Assembly (NCBI GenBank): GCA_965199955.1
Contig: CBDATQ010000001.1
Coordinates: forward strand, 1,376,001-1,440,000
Origin: Spirochaetia bacterium
Lineage (GTDB): Bacteria > Spirochaetota > Spirochaetia > SZUA-6 > Bin103
Direction of reading: 5' to 3'
Length of the DNA: 64,000 nucleotides
Of this stretch, positions 8,413 to 17,878 are shown piece after piece. The translations under genes were made by a program, and so were the position numbers. Below the pieces are notes generated by a model, which was given only the letters and a program-made list of their open reading frames with translations, did not search any database and was not told the DNA's origin. How positions within the stretch are numbered: the stretch's first letter is position 1; every line of letters starts with the position of its first letter.

Positions 8413-10740
8413 ATGGCGGACACAGGAGCGATCTGGAGTGACCGGTTCCGGGACTGGGACCACGTCTACGGGCGCCGCGGCGTGGCGCTGCTGCGCGAGC
8501 CGGCACCGGTGCCGAGTACGCCGCACGTGCGGGTGAGCCCCGCCGACCTGAGCTACGAGGTGCCGGCAGGGGTGAGCCTGCGCGAGCACGCGCGCAGCGA
8601 CGGCATCGACGTGGCCAGTCCGCACTTCCAGGAGCCTGCGACGCGCAACATCCGCTGCGGCTTCTTTCCGGTGTTGCGCGCCCTGCAGGACGGCAGCCTG
8701 CTGGCGGTGTGGCGCGAGGCCAGCGCCCATGCCTTTTGCTGCTTCGGCCGCACCGTCGCGGCGCGTTCCACGGACGGCGGGCAGAGCTGGAGCGATCCGT
8801 GGGTGATCTTCGCGCTGCCGGGGGCGGTCGACGCCGGCGGTCCGGAGGACCTGGTGCAGGCCGCCGACGGCACCCTGTGGATGGGGGCCTGGAGCCGCGT
8901 CCCGGGGCAGCAGGCGGGCACGCAGGGCCAGCAGGTCGCCACCGCCTACGCGCTGTACTCGAAGGACGACGGCCGCACCTGGGTCACCCTGCCGCCGCTC
9001 GGCGACCACTTCTACCCGGCGTCCCCGGAGCTGGCCATGTCCAACGGCGAGTTGCTGTGGCGCGGCAGCGTGCCGGCGCCGGCCGAGGAGGGGCTGACCT
9101 CCTTTCCCGCGTCGGTGCGGGCCACGCTGGTGCAGCGCGACACGGATGACGAGCTGCCGCGCGACGCCGACGTGGCGGAGCTGGGCGGGCTGCGCTTCGA
9201 GCGCTTCGCCCACCCCCATCTGGGCGGTCCCGACGAAGAGCAGGTCACCGAGACCCTGATCCCCGGCACCCTGGTGATGCTGATGCGCTCCCAAGGTTAC
9301 GGCGAGCACTACTTCCAGACCACCTCCACCGACTACGGACGCACCTGGAGCGCCGCGGTGCCGTCGCTGTGGCACTCGCCGGTGCCGAGCCAGCCCTACC
9401 TGATCACGCTTACCGACGGCACCCTGGTGGCGGTCAACGGGCAGCGCCAGAACTGCCGCATCGTGGCCACCGCCTCGTTCGACAACGGTGCGACCTGGGA
9501 TGTCGCCCACCAGCAGGTCGTGCTGGACGACCAGCGCTTCCTGGGCGGCGACTTCGCCTACCCGCAGCTCACCGAGGTCGCCGACGGGCGCCTGCTGTCG
9601 ATTTACTACAGCCACGATCACACCGATGAGAGCGGCGAGCGCAGCGGGATCTTCGGGACCTTCCTGGAGACGCGCTTCTTCCGCCCGGCCTACCGCGGCG
9701 TGGAGCTGGCCGAGGTGGGCGCGGTGCGGCGCGACTCCACGGTCGCGCACTGGCGCTTCGACGAGGGCGCGGGCAGCGTGGCGGCCGACGACGGCGGGCC
9801 GCACTACGCGAAGCTGGCGGGGCCGGCGTGGGTTCCCGGCAAGCGCGGCACGGCGCTCCGGTTCGACGGCCGCGACGACTACGGCTACGTGCTGGAGTGC
9901 CCGGAGCTGCGCGTCGCGCGCGAGTTCACGTTGGAAGCGTGGATCTCCACCGAGGCGCCGGATCGTACCCAGACCATCGTCTCCAAGCTGCCGCACTACT
10001 GGGTCGGGCTGCACCGCGGCCGGCTGTGCTTGCGCCGGGGTGGGGCGGCGGGCATCCCGCTGCTGGAGAACTTGGCGGCGACCACCCTGGAGGGGGGGCG
10101 CTGGTACCACGTCGCGGTGGCCGTACGCATCACCCTGGACTCGAACGAGCGTGTGCTGTTCTACCTGGACGGGGAAGTGGGCGCCAACGACAGACTCGCG
10201 CTGCCCGGCAGCGCCGAGCACGCCGCCGCCATCAGCGACTGGCATGAGTCGGCCGGTCCGCGCTGGCAGGCGCACCACCAGCGCCGCAGCCGCCACGAGG
10301 ACATCGGCGAGCAGGCGGACGCCATCCGCGCCGCCGAGGACCACCTCTACATCGGCCTGCAGCACGACCGGCAGACCGCACCCTTCGCCGGCGTGATCGA
10401 CGAGCTGGCGCTGCACGGCAGCGGCCTGCTGCCGGGCGAGGTGCGGGCCAGCATCGCCGTTCACCGCCGTGCCGACGGCGAGCTCTCTTCGGGCGTGATC
10501 CTGCGCCCCGCCTCCGGCTGGGGCCGCTTCGGCGCCGAAGTGGACACCCCCGTCGGCACCGCCGTCGAGTTCTCGGTAACCGCGCCTGACGGCACCGCCC
10601 TCCGCAGCGGCGTGAGCCCCGGCGACTCGCTGGACGACCTGGATGCCCCCGAGCTGCGGCTTGCTGCGCGCCTGACCAGCTCCGACCCCGGACGCGCCCC
10701 GGTGATTCGCTCCTGGTCCCTGCGCCCCGCGGCCGAATAG
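8413..10740 (+). CDS. Asp-box (BNR) sialidase-like propeller fused to a LamG-like jelly-roll domain
   Basis: Asp boxes STDGGQSW, SKDDGRTW, STDYGRTW, SFDNGATW; LamG motifs AHWRFDEG, ALRFDGRDDY, FTLEAWI, WYHVAV, FAGVIDEL; GGAGG RBS. Confidence 0.88.
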   Translation: MADTGAIWSDRFRDWDHVYGRRGVALLREPAPVPSTPHVRVSPADLSYEVPAGVSLREHARSDGIDVASPHFQEPATRNIRCGFFPVLRALQDGSLLAVWREASAHAFCCFGRTVAARSTDGGQSWSDPWVIFALPGAVDAGGPEDLVQAADGTLWMGAWSRVPGQQAGTQGQQVATAYALYSKDDGRTWVTLPPLGDHFYPASPELAMSNGELLWRGSVPAPAEEGLTSFPASVRATLVQRDTDDELPRDADVAELGGLRFERFAHPHLGGPDEEQVTETLIPGTLVMLMRSQGYGEHYFQTTSTDYGRTWSAAVPSLWHSPVPSQPYLITLTDGTLVAVNGQRQNCRIVATASFDNGATWDVAHQQVVLDDQRFLGGDFAYPQLTEVADGRLLSIYYSHDHTDESGERSGIFGTFLETRFFRPAYRGVELAEVGAVRRDSTVAHWRFDEGAGSVAADDGGPHYAKLAGPAWVPGKRGTALRFDGRDDYGYVLECPELRVAREFTLEAWISTEAPDRTQTIVSKLPHYWVGLHRGRLCLRRGGAAGIPLLENLAATTLEGGRWYHVAVAVRITLDSNERVLFYLDGEVGANDRLALPGSAEHAAAISDWHESAGPRWQAHHQRRSRHEDIGEQADAIRAAEDHLYIGLQHDRQTAPFAGVIDELALHGSGLLPGEVRASIAVHRRADGELSSGVILRPASGWGRFGAEVDTPVGTAVEFSVTAPDGTALRSGVSPGDSLDDLDAPELRLAARLTSSDPGRAPVIRSWSLRPAAE

Positions 10741-11914
10741 GTTCCCGGGCGGCCCAGCGGCCGGGCCCGTCCCCGGGCGCCGTGTAGCGCCCCTGCCAGG
10801 CGGGGCCGTGGGTCTGGCGCCAGTCGCTGAGCGCCTGCGCCTGGGTCGCCGCCGACGGCCGTTCCAGGTCCACCGCCGCGTCCAGGGCGCCGTCCACGTA
10901 GAACAGCACCCGCCGCATCGAGTCGGCGGTCTCACGCACCACCACGGCAAGGTGCTGCCAGCGGTCGGCCGCCAGCTCTGTCGTCCCGTGGCAGCTCGCC
11001 TGCGCGATGCCGTCCTCGCCCCCGCGCCGCAGGCAGACCTGCCGGCGGCTCAGCCCGAACCAGTAGTGGGGAGCCGGCTGACGATGGTCTGCTCGCGCTC
11101 CGGGTGCAGGGTACGGATCCACGCCTCCATGGTTAGCTCCTGCCCCAGCCAGAGACTCGGGCAGTTGGTCACGCGCAGATGATCGTCCACCCCGTCGAAG
11201 GCGAGCGCGGCGCCGGCCGTCGGTCCAGGCCGGTCCGTGCAGCACGCCGTAGTGGCGGCCGGTGTCGTCGTGGGCGGTGTCGCCCGTACCCTCGTCGAAG
11301 CGCCACCAGGCGACGGTGTCCGCGCGCCGCAACGACCCGACGTCCGCCAGCCGGACGCCGCCGAATGTGGTTCGGAACTGGCTGCGGTCGAGGAAGGTGG
11401 CGAAGATCCCGTTCCGGGGATGAGCGGCTCGCTGGGCCGGCGCAGGATGAAGACCGCACGCCGCAGCGAGGTGTAGGAGGTGACCCCTTCGTCGGCGGGA
11501 TCCGGGACGCTGCCCAGCCACAGGAACTCGCCGTTGGAAAGCTCCAGCATCGGCGTGCAGAGAAACTGCCAGCCGTCGCCGAGCTTGGGGAGCTGCTCCC
11601 AGCTTCGCCCCTCGTCATGCGAGCGCAGCACGTACATCTCGGGGCGCTGCCTGCCCACGGTGCCCAGCTCGGGTTCCGGGATACGGGCCCATGCGCCCAG
11701 CCAGAGGGTGCCGTCGCCGGTCTGCACCAGGTTCTCGGGACCGCCGGTGTCCCACGCTCCCGACCGCCGGAAGCCGACCACCCAGGGGGCGCTCCAACTG
11801 CGCCCGCCGTCCGGCGAGCGCGCCGCCACGGTGCGCCCGAAGGAGCAGTAGGCGTGGGAGCTCGCCTCGCGCCACACCGCCAGCAGCGCCACCGTCGCTG
11901 ATGCCTCGGGTCAT
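10741..11914 (-). pseudogene. Decayed paralog of the BNR-LamG gene
   Basis: Homologous blocks alternate between frames (LLAVWREAS..GRTVAARS; NGIFATFLD..WWRFDEG; LAFDGVDD..TMEAWI; HYWFGL..VLFYVDG). N-terminal, central and C-terminal parts are missing. Confidence 0.88.
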
Positions 11915-12921
11915 CGGTCGGCCTCCCGCAGGCGGACGGCGCGGATCTCGCAGTCGTCGTCCACGAAGTCGGTGTGGAACACGCACAGCAGGTCGCTGTC
12001 CGGCAGCCGCAGCACGCTCGGGTAGCCGCAGGCGGTAGCCCAGCCCTGGAAGGGCCCCGGCGAGCGGTAGAGCACCCCCTGGTCGTGCCACGACTCGCCT
12101 TCATCCCAGCTCGCGCTGAAGCCGATGCCCGGCTGCCCCTCGCGCATGTCGCGATACACGCAGATGATGGCGCGGCGCAGCGCCGCCAGGCGCGGGCAGT
12201 GGCCGTGGAATCCGGTCGCGGCCAACGGCGTCCAGCTTCGGCCGCCATCCTCGGAGTAGCTCTGGTAGGAGGCATAGGGCGGTGCGTCGCTGCGCAGAAC
12301 GGTGAGCAGCCGTCCGTCCGCCAGGGCCAGCGTGTCGGGCTCGCGCAGTTCCAGCGTGGCGTCGTCGCTCAGCAGCACCCGCTCCGACCAGGAATCGCCG
12401 CGGTCGCGCGAGAATGCTATGGCGGCCAGGTTGGGCTCTCCGGGCGTGTCGGTGCCCTGAAAACCCAGCAGCAGGCGTCCGTCCGGCAGCCCGTGCACCA
12501 CGCCTTGGCCGTACGGCTCGCTGAAGGCGGCGAACACCCGGATCTCCGGTCCGGGCGGGTCCCAGGTGCGGCCGCCGTCGCTTGACCGGATGGCGTAGGT
12601 GTGGAACTCGTCGCTGTTCCAGCGCGCCTTGTCGGCCAGCATCAGCAGCGTGCCGTCGTCCAGCTGCAGCAGGCGCTGGGCGCCGAACCAGTCCCACCCC
12701 GGCTCGGCCAGCAGCGGCGTCGGCTCGTCCCAGGTCGCCCCGCCGTCCGCCGAGCGCTTGGCCACCACCGCGCCGTGGGATTCTTCGAACATGTTGCGCC
12801 CCACGCGGTAGGCCACGAACAGGCTACCGTCGGTCAGCACGGCGGCCCCGGCGCGCGAGCGATGGCGCGTGCTGCCGCCGCCGGCCACCACGACCTCGCC
12901 GGTGACCGCAAGGGCCTTCAC
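11911..12921 (-). CDS. Asp-box (BNR) sialidase-family protein
   Basis: SADGGATW, SSDGGRTW, SRDRGDSW, SEDGGRSW, SWDEGESW, CGYPS; GTG start just after the M20 stop. Confidence 0.88.
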   Translation of the reverse strand: MKALAVTGEVVVAGGGSTRHRSRAGAAVLTDGSLFVAYRVGRNMFEESHGAVVAKRSADGGATWDEPTPLLAEPGWDWFGAQRLLQLDDGTLLMLADKARWNSDEFHTYAIRSSDGGRTWDPPGPEIRVFAAFSEPYGQGVVHGLPDGRLLLGFQGTDTPGEPNLAAIAFSRDRGDSWSERVLLSDDATLELREPDTLALADGRLLTVLRSDAPPYASYQSYSEDGGRSWTPLAATGFHGHCPRLAALRRAIICVYRDMREGQPGIGFSASWDEGESWHDQGVLYRSPGPFQGWATACGYPSVLRLPDSDLLCVFHTDFVDDDCEIRAVRLREADR

Positions 12922-12923
12922 GC

Positions 12924-14078
12924 CTATCCCAGGGCCCGCGCCAGCGCGGTGTAGAAGCGCGCCGCCGCGGTCACGGAGCTCAGCGTGGTGTGCTCGTCCA
13001 CCTGGTGCGCCAGCCGCTCGTCGCCTGGCCCGAAGATCAGCGTCGGTACCCCGAGCGCCGGCGTCAGCACCGAGGCATCGGAGAAGTAACTGACGCCACG
13101 CGGCGCAGGCGCTCCCCCAAGCACCTGTCCGGCCACCTCCAGGGCGGTGCCGACCAGCGGCTCGTGCACGGGCGTGGCGATCGCGGGGCGGTCGGTGAGC
13201 ACTTTCACCTGCGCCGTTACGCCCGTCACGGCGGTTGCCGCGGCGGTCGCCAGCGCGCGCACCTCGCGCAGCAGCCCGGCGTGGTCCTGCCCCGGTACGC
13301 TGCGGAGATCCACCGTCAGCACGCACCGGTCGGCCACGATGTTGACCTTCGCACCGCCCTCGATGGTCCCCAGGTTGACGGTCGGCGGTCCGAGCAGCGG
13401 ATGCGGCCGGTGCGCGGGCCGATATGCCTGCAGCCGCTCGATGATCCGGCACATGCCGGCGATCGCGTTGCTGCCCTGTTCCGGCATCGATCCGTGGGCG
13501 GCCCGGCCGCAGGTGACGATCCTGAGCCACAGTGCTCCCTTGTGCGCCGTGACCACCTGCAGGCTGGTGGGTTCGCCCACGACCAGGGCGCAGACCGGGC
13601 CGAGGTCGCGGGTGGCCAATCGCTGCGAGCCGCAGCAGTCCACCTCCTCCCCAGCGGTGCCGGCGAAGACCAGGTCGCGCCGCAGGCGTATGCCGGCCCG
13701 CGCCAGCGCGGCGCAGGCCATCGCCAGCGCGGCGACGCCGCCCTTCATGTCGACGGTGCCGCGGCCGTGCAGCACGTCGCCCTCCACGACCGTTGCGTGG
13801 GGGTCATGGCGCCATTGCTCGCGTTGCACCGGCACGGTGTCGAGGTGGCCGTTGAACAGGAGCGCGGGTGCGTCGCCGGAGCCGCGCCAGCGGGCCACCA
13901 CGTTGGCCCGGCCCAAGGCGAAGCGGTCCAGCTCCACCTCCAGCCCGGCCTCCCGCAGCCATCCGCCGAGCAGCTCGGTGACCGGCGCCTCCCGCCCCGG
14001 CGGGTTGCAGCTGTCGATGCGGATCAGCCGCCGCAGCAGGTCGCCCAGCTCGGCTTCCGGAATCGCAGGCCGTGTCAC
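12924..14078 (-). CDS. M20 metallo-amidohydrolase (ArgE/DapE-like deacylase)
   Basis: FNGHLDTVP, GRGTVDMKGG, GEE, VGEPT, AHQVDEH; GTG start overlaps the creatininase stop. Confidence 0.92.
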   Translation of the reverse strand: MTRPAIPEAELGDLLRRLIRIDSCNPPGREAPVTELLGGWLREAGLEVELDRFALGRANVVARWRGSGDAPALLFNGHLDTVPVQREQWRHDPHATVVEGDVLHGRGTVDMKGGVAALAMACAALARAGIRLRRDLVFAGTAGEEVDCCGSQRLATRDLGPVCALVVGEPTSLQVVTAHKGALWLRIVTCGRAAHGSMPEQGSNAIAGMCRIIERLQAYRPAHRPHPLLGPPTVNLGTIEGGAKVNIVADRCVLTVDLRSVPGQDHAGLLREVRALATAAATAVTGVTAQVKVLTDRPAIATPVHEPLVGTALEVAGQVLGGAPAPRGVSYFSDASVLTPALGVPTLIFGPGDERLAHQVDEHTTLSSVTAAARFYTALARALG

Positions 14079-14878
14079 GTCGCGGCCCCGGCGGCGTCGA
14101 TGCGGGCGATCGCCGCGCTGATGTGGCGGACGCTGTGCTCGACCATCACCGCCAGTGCCTGGCGCCCGCGCTCGCGATCGGCCTGGCTCGGCTCGCCCCA
14201 CACGCCGCTGGGGCTCATCTGGTCCATGGTCAGGTAGTCGAACGCCTCGACCGGGCTGTCCGGGACGGTGTCGGAGGCGGTACCCTTGATAGTGTCCGGC
14301 GCGATCTCCATGATCAGCGACGCCTCGAAGCCGCCGGCATGGGCCTCGTTCGCGAAGTTGGGGAAGATGCTCTCAAGTTCCGCGGCGGCCAGAGTGAACG
14401 GCTGCACGCACAGTGCGCGGCCGGCATCGGTGCTGCGGTTGATCTCGCGCACCGCCGGCCGCAGGACCAGGTTGCCGCCGTGCATGTTGAGCAGCACGAC
14501 GTAGCGGAACCCCTGTCCGATCAGGTCCAGGGCCAGCTCCCTGACCACCGTCAGGAGAGTGCTCGGACTGAGCGACACCGAGCCGCGGAAGCCGGCGTGC
14601 GCCTCCGAGTTGCTGAACGGCAGCACCGGCAGCAGGAACCCGTCCATCCGCTCCGCCACCCCGCGCGCCACCGCCTCCGCCTCCAGCGAATCGGTCGCCA
14701 ACGGAAGGTAGCTGCCGTGCTGCTCGGTGGCGCCGACCGGCAGGATCGCCAGTTCCGTGCCGCTCGCCTCCAGTTCCGCGGATGTGTTGCAGGCGTCCAG
14801 GATAGGGTTGGGGTAAAGCGAACCCTCCCGTTTTGTCAAGGTTGAGTCCGACGAAATGCCGCTCGGTCTGACCCGCAC
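14075..14878 (-). CDS. Creatininase-family amidohydrolase (start uncertain, probably nearer 14800)
   Basis: LPVGATEQHGSYLPLATD, NMHGGN, HAGGFEAS, SGVWGEP. Confidence 0.9.
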   Translation of the reverse strand: MRVRPSGISSDSTLTKREGSLYPNPILDACNTSAELEASGTELAILPVGATEQHGSYLPLATDSLEAEAVARGVAERMDGFLLPVLPFSNSEAHAGFRGSVSLSPSTLLTVVRELALDLIGQGFRYVVLLNMHGGNLVLRPAVREINRSTDAGRALCVQPFTLAAAELESIFPNFANEAHAGGFEASLIMEIAPDTIKGTASDTVPDSPVEAFDYLTMDQMSPSGVWGEPSQADRERGRQALAVMVEHSVRHISAAIARIDAAGAAT

Positions 14879-14954
14879 CCGTGCGGTCGCCTGAGGATGA
14901 CTGCCGCCGATCTGAATCAGCGCGGGTAGTGGATCACCGTCATGAGCCTTGATG

Positions 14955-15341
14955 TCATCCGCCAGCTTGGGCGATGCGTCGTGCCATCCACTCCACGTAG
15001 GCAGTACGGGTCATGCCTCGCCGTCGAGCTTCGCCGTCGATGAAGGCTGCGACTCCCTCGTCGAGCGTGAGATTGGCGCGTACGCTTCGGCCCGACAGAC
15101 GAATCAGTGGGATGGAGACCAGGGTATGTCCGGGGGGTGTCTCGATCCGTTCGATGGCTGACGGCGGCGTGAGCGCCTCACCGGCGCGCTCCGTTTCGAT
15201 CGCGTAGTCGCGGAGCGCCTCTTCGGCGTGCATCAACGCCTCATCCATCGTTGTTCCCATGGCGACAATCCCTGGCAGGTCCGGGAACGAGACCCCATAG
15301 GTGCCCTGCTCGCCGTCGATCCATGCTGGATATCGCGTCAT
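14955..15341 (-). CDS. hicB: HicB-family antitoxin
   Basis: YGVSFPDLPGIVAMGTTMDEAL..AEEAL; C-terminal RHH-like VRANLTLD..MTRT. Confidence 0.9.
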   Translation of the reverse strand: MTRYPAWIDGEQGTYGVSFPDLPGIVAMGTTMDEALMHAEEALRDYAIETERAGEALTPPSAIERIETPPGHTLVSIPLIRLSGRSVRANLTLDEGVAAFIDGEARRRGMTRTAYVEWMARRIAQAGG

Positions 15342-15360
15342 GCTGTACCCCCGCCCTCAG

Positions 15361-15414
15361 TCATCCTGTCATCGTGGCCATCCGGCGTCGAATGCGTCTT
15401 CTGTTGGTCTCCAC
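15361..15414 (-). pseudogene. Possible collapsed hicA remnant
   Basis: 17-codon VETNRRRIRRRMATMTG* in the hicA position; resembles recalled HicA N- and C-termini. Confidence 0.45.
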
Positions 15415-15620
15415 GCCACGTGCATATATAGGCACGAACCGAGGATGGCGTCCAGAATGGGTCGCATGTTGCAGGGCACGGAGCCATCTTCGGAAAGAAC
15501 CTGCTCGAGCGCCGGCTTCTCTCTTGATCGACTCCCGCAGATCCTCGTGGGTGGTGCGGAACATGCTCGGTTGCCGATGCACGGCGTCGACGGGCCATCC
15601 GCGTTAGGATTTGGCTTGGC

Positions 15621-16697
15621 ATGAGTGGAACGATGCGTGCCGCCACATCGGATGAGGTAGCCGGCCGGCCGCGCTTTGCGCTGGTGGGGTGCGGGGACTT
15701 CGGCAAGCAACTGGCGGGCTACGCCGTCGAACAAGCCGAGCTGGCGGCGCTCTGTGATCCCGATGCCGGCAACCTCGCCGCTACGGGCGCCGCGATGGGT
15801 GTGGAGGTGCCCGGCTACGGCGACTACCGCGAGCTGTTGCGGCGCGAGCGCCTGGACGCGGTGCTGGTGACCGCCGCCAACCACGTGCACGCGGAGATCA
15901 CCGTGGCGGCGGCCGAGGCCGGCGTGCACGTGTTCTGCGAGAAGGCGATGGCGCGCACGGCACGGGAGTGCTGGGACATGGTGGCGGCGTGCCGGCGCCA
16001 TGGCGTGAAGCTGATGGTCGGGCACAAGCGGCGGCTGCGGCCGCCCTGGGCGCGGATGGTGGAGCTGACCGCGGACGACCTGCTCGGGGCGCCGCTGTCG
16101 ATCACGGTGGCGCAGTACACGGACAACCGGCCCTACGAGTTCTTCGACACCTGGTGGTCGGACCCCGCGCGCGGCGGCGGCTTCTTCCACATGCACGGCG
16201 TGCACGTGATCGACTGGTTCCGCGCGATGTGCGGCGACGCCCGGGACGTGCACGCCGTATACGGACCTCAGCACGACTCCCGCTACGGGTTCCGCGACAT
16301 CGTGCACGCGACCTACCGGTTCCACGCAGGCGCCGTGGCCACGATCGCCGGCGGCCTGTCGTTTCCGCTGCACCAGTTCCGCGAGTCGCAGGGGCCGTGG
16401 GGCGAGTGCCGCCACGGCGGCTTCAAGCTGGTGCCGTCCCTCGATCACATCGACCTGTACTGGCAGCGCCTCGACGCACCGGCCCCGCAGCACGAGCGGT
16501 TCGACGACCTGGGCTTCGACCACGCGTACCGGCGCGAGATCGGCGACTTCTTCCGCTGGCTCGGCACGGGTGCCGAGCCGTGCCTCACGTGGGTGGAGGG
16601 CCTGCGCTGCGTGGAGATGATGGAAGGCGCCTACCGCTCCGCGCAGCAGGACGGCCGGGTGGTCGAGTTTCCGCTGCACCCGGAGCTGGAGCCGTGA
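15621..16697 (+). CDS. Gfo/Idh/MocA oxidoreductase
   Basis: ALVGCGDFG, HVFCEKAMA, MHGVHVID. Confidence 0.92.
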   Translation: MSGTMRAATSDEVAGRPRFALVGCGDFGKQLAGYAVEQAELAALCDPDAGNLAATGAAMGVEVPGYGDYRELLRRERLDAVLVTAANHVHAEITVAAAEAGVHVFCEKAMARTARECWDMVAACRRHGVKLMVGHKRRLRPPWARMVELTADDLLGAPLSITVAQYTDNRPYEFFDTWWSDPARGGGFFHMHGVHVIDWFRAMCGDARDVHAVYGPQHDSRYGFRDIVHATYRFHAGAVATIAGGLSFPLHQFRESQGPWGECRHGGFKLVPSLDHIDLYWQRLDAPAPQHERFDDLGFDHAYRREIGDFFRWLGTGAEPCLTWVEGLRCVEMMEGAYRSAQQDGRVVEFPLHPELEP

Positions 16698-16702
16698 GCG
16701 CG

Positions 16703-17872
16703 ATGAAGATCACCGACGTGCGCTGCTCGGTGGCGGCCGTGCCGCGTCCCGGCGGCGGCGCGCACCGCAACTGGGTGTTCGTCCACGTCGACACCGATGC
16801 CGGCTTGCAAGGGGTGGGCGAGGCGACCACCGAGCACCACGAGCTGGCGATCAAGGCGCACGTGGAGAGCGAGCTCAGGCCGCGCCTGCTGGGCATGGAC
16901 CCGACCGACATCGAGCGTGTCTGGCAGCTCGGCTTCCGCGAGTTCTGGTGGCGCCGCGGGGTCGTCCACGGCAGCGCCATGAGCGGCATCGACCAGGCCC
17001 TGTGGGACATCGCCGGCAAGGCGGCGGGGCTGCCGGTGTTCAAGCTGCTCGGCGGCCGGGTGCGGGACCGCGTGCGCTGCTACATCCGCTTCGGACCCGA
17101 GTTCTACGGCGTGGAGCTCGAGGATGCGGCCCGCCGCGCCCTGGAGCTGGGGTTCGACGCCTTCAAGCAGGGCTTCGGCAGCGTCACCCGGCCGTACGAC
17201 GCGCAGCGCCAGGCGGACGTCGCCGTGGCCGAGGTGCGCCGGCTGCGGCAGATCCTGGGCGACGGGACGGCGCTGATGGTCGACGCGGCCGGCATGTTCG
17301 ATCCCCAGGCCGCGCACCGGCTGCTGCAGGGACTGGAGCCGCTCGCCCCGCTGTTCGTGGAGGAGCCGGCCAACCAGGACACGGTGGCCCCCACGGCGCG
17401 GCTCAAGCAGAGCTTTCCGGGGATGAAGATCGCCCTGGGCGAGCGCATGGTCTCGCGCTGGGACTTCCGCCCGTGGTTCGAGCAGCAGGCGATCGACGTG
17501 TGCCAGGCGGACATCAGCCACGCCGGGGGCATCAGCGAGCTGTTGCGCATCGCCCACTACGCCGAGGTCTACGGCATCCTCATGGCGCCGCACAATCCGT
17601 ACGGGCCGGTGGCGCTGGCGGCCTCGGCCCAGGTGGCGGCCGCGATCCAGAACTTCCTGATCCTCGAGCACTGCCCCCTGCAGCCGTGGTTCGACCGCCT
17701 GCAGCGGGAGCCGCTGCCGGTGACCGCCGGCCACATCGACGTGGACGAGCTGGCGCGGCGGCCGGGACTGGGCGTGGAGCTGGACGAGGAGGCGCTCGCC
17801 GCGATGGACGGCCACACGCCGCTGGACCCGGGGCGATACGAGTTGCCCGACGGCGGCACGCCGCTACTCTGA
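16703..17872 (+). CDS. Mandelate racemase/galactonate dehydratase-like enolase-superfamily enzyme
   Basis: MKITDV, SGIDQALWDIAGK, LFVEEP, GER, APHNPYGP; alternative GTG start at 16694. Confidence 0.92.
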   Translation: MKITDVRCSVAAVPRPGGGAHRNWVFVHVDTDAGLQGVGEATTEHHELAIKAHVESELRPRLLGMDPTDIERVWQLGFREFWWRRGVVHGSAMSGIDQALWDIAGKAAGLPVFKLLGGRVRDRVRCYIRFGPEFYGVELEDAARRALELGFDAFKQGFGSVTRPYDAQRQADVAVAEVRRLRQILGDGTALMVDAAGMFDPQAAHRLLQGLEPLAPLFVEEPANQDTVAPTARLKQSFPGMKIALGERMVSRWDFRPWFEQQAIDVCQADISHAGGISELLRIAHYAEVYGILMAPHNPYGPVALAASAQVAAAIQNFLILEHCPLQPWFDRLQREPLPVTAGHIDVDELARRPGLGVELDEEALAAMDGHTPLDPGRYELPDGGTPLL

Positions 17873-17878
17873 AGAGCC

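Noticed and set aside
15338..15706. 122-aa ORF upstream of hicB as the toxin
   Set aside because: No HicA features and it overlaps the start of the oxidoreductase on the other strand
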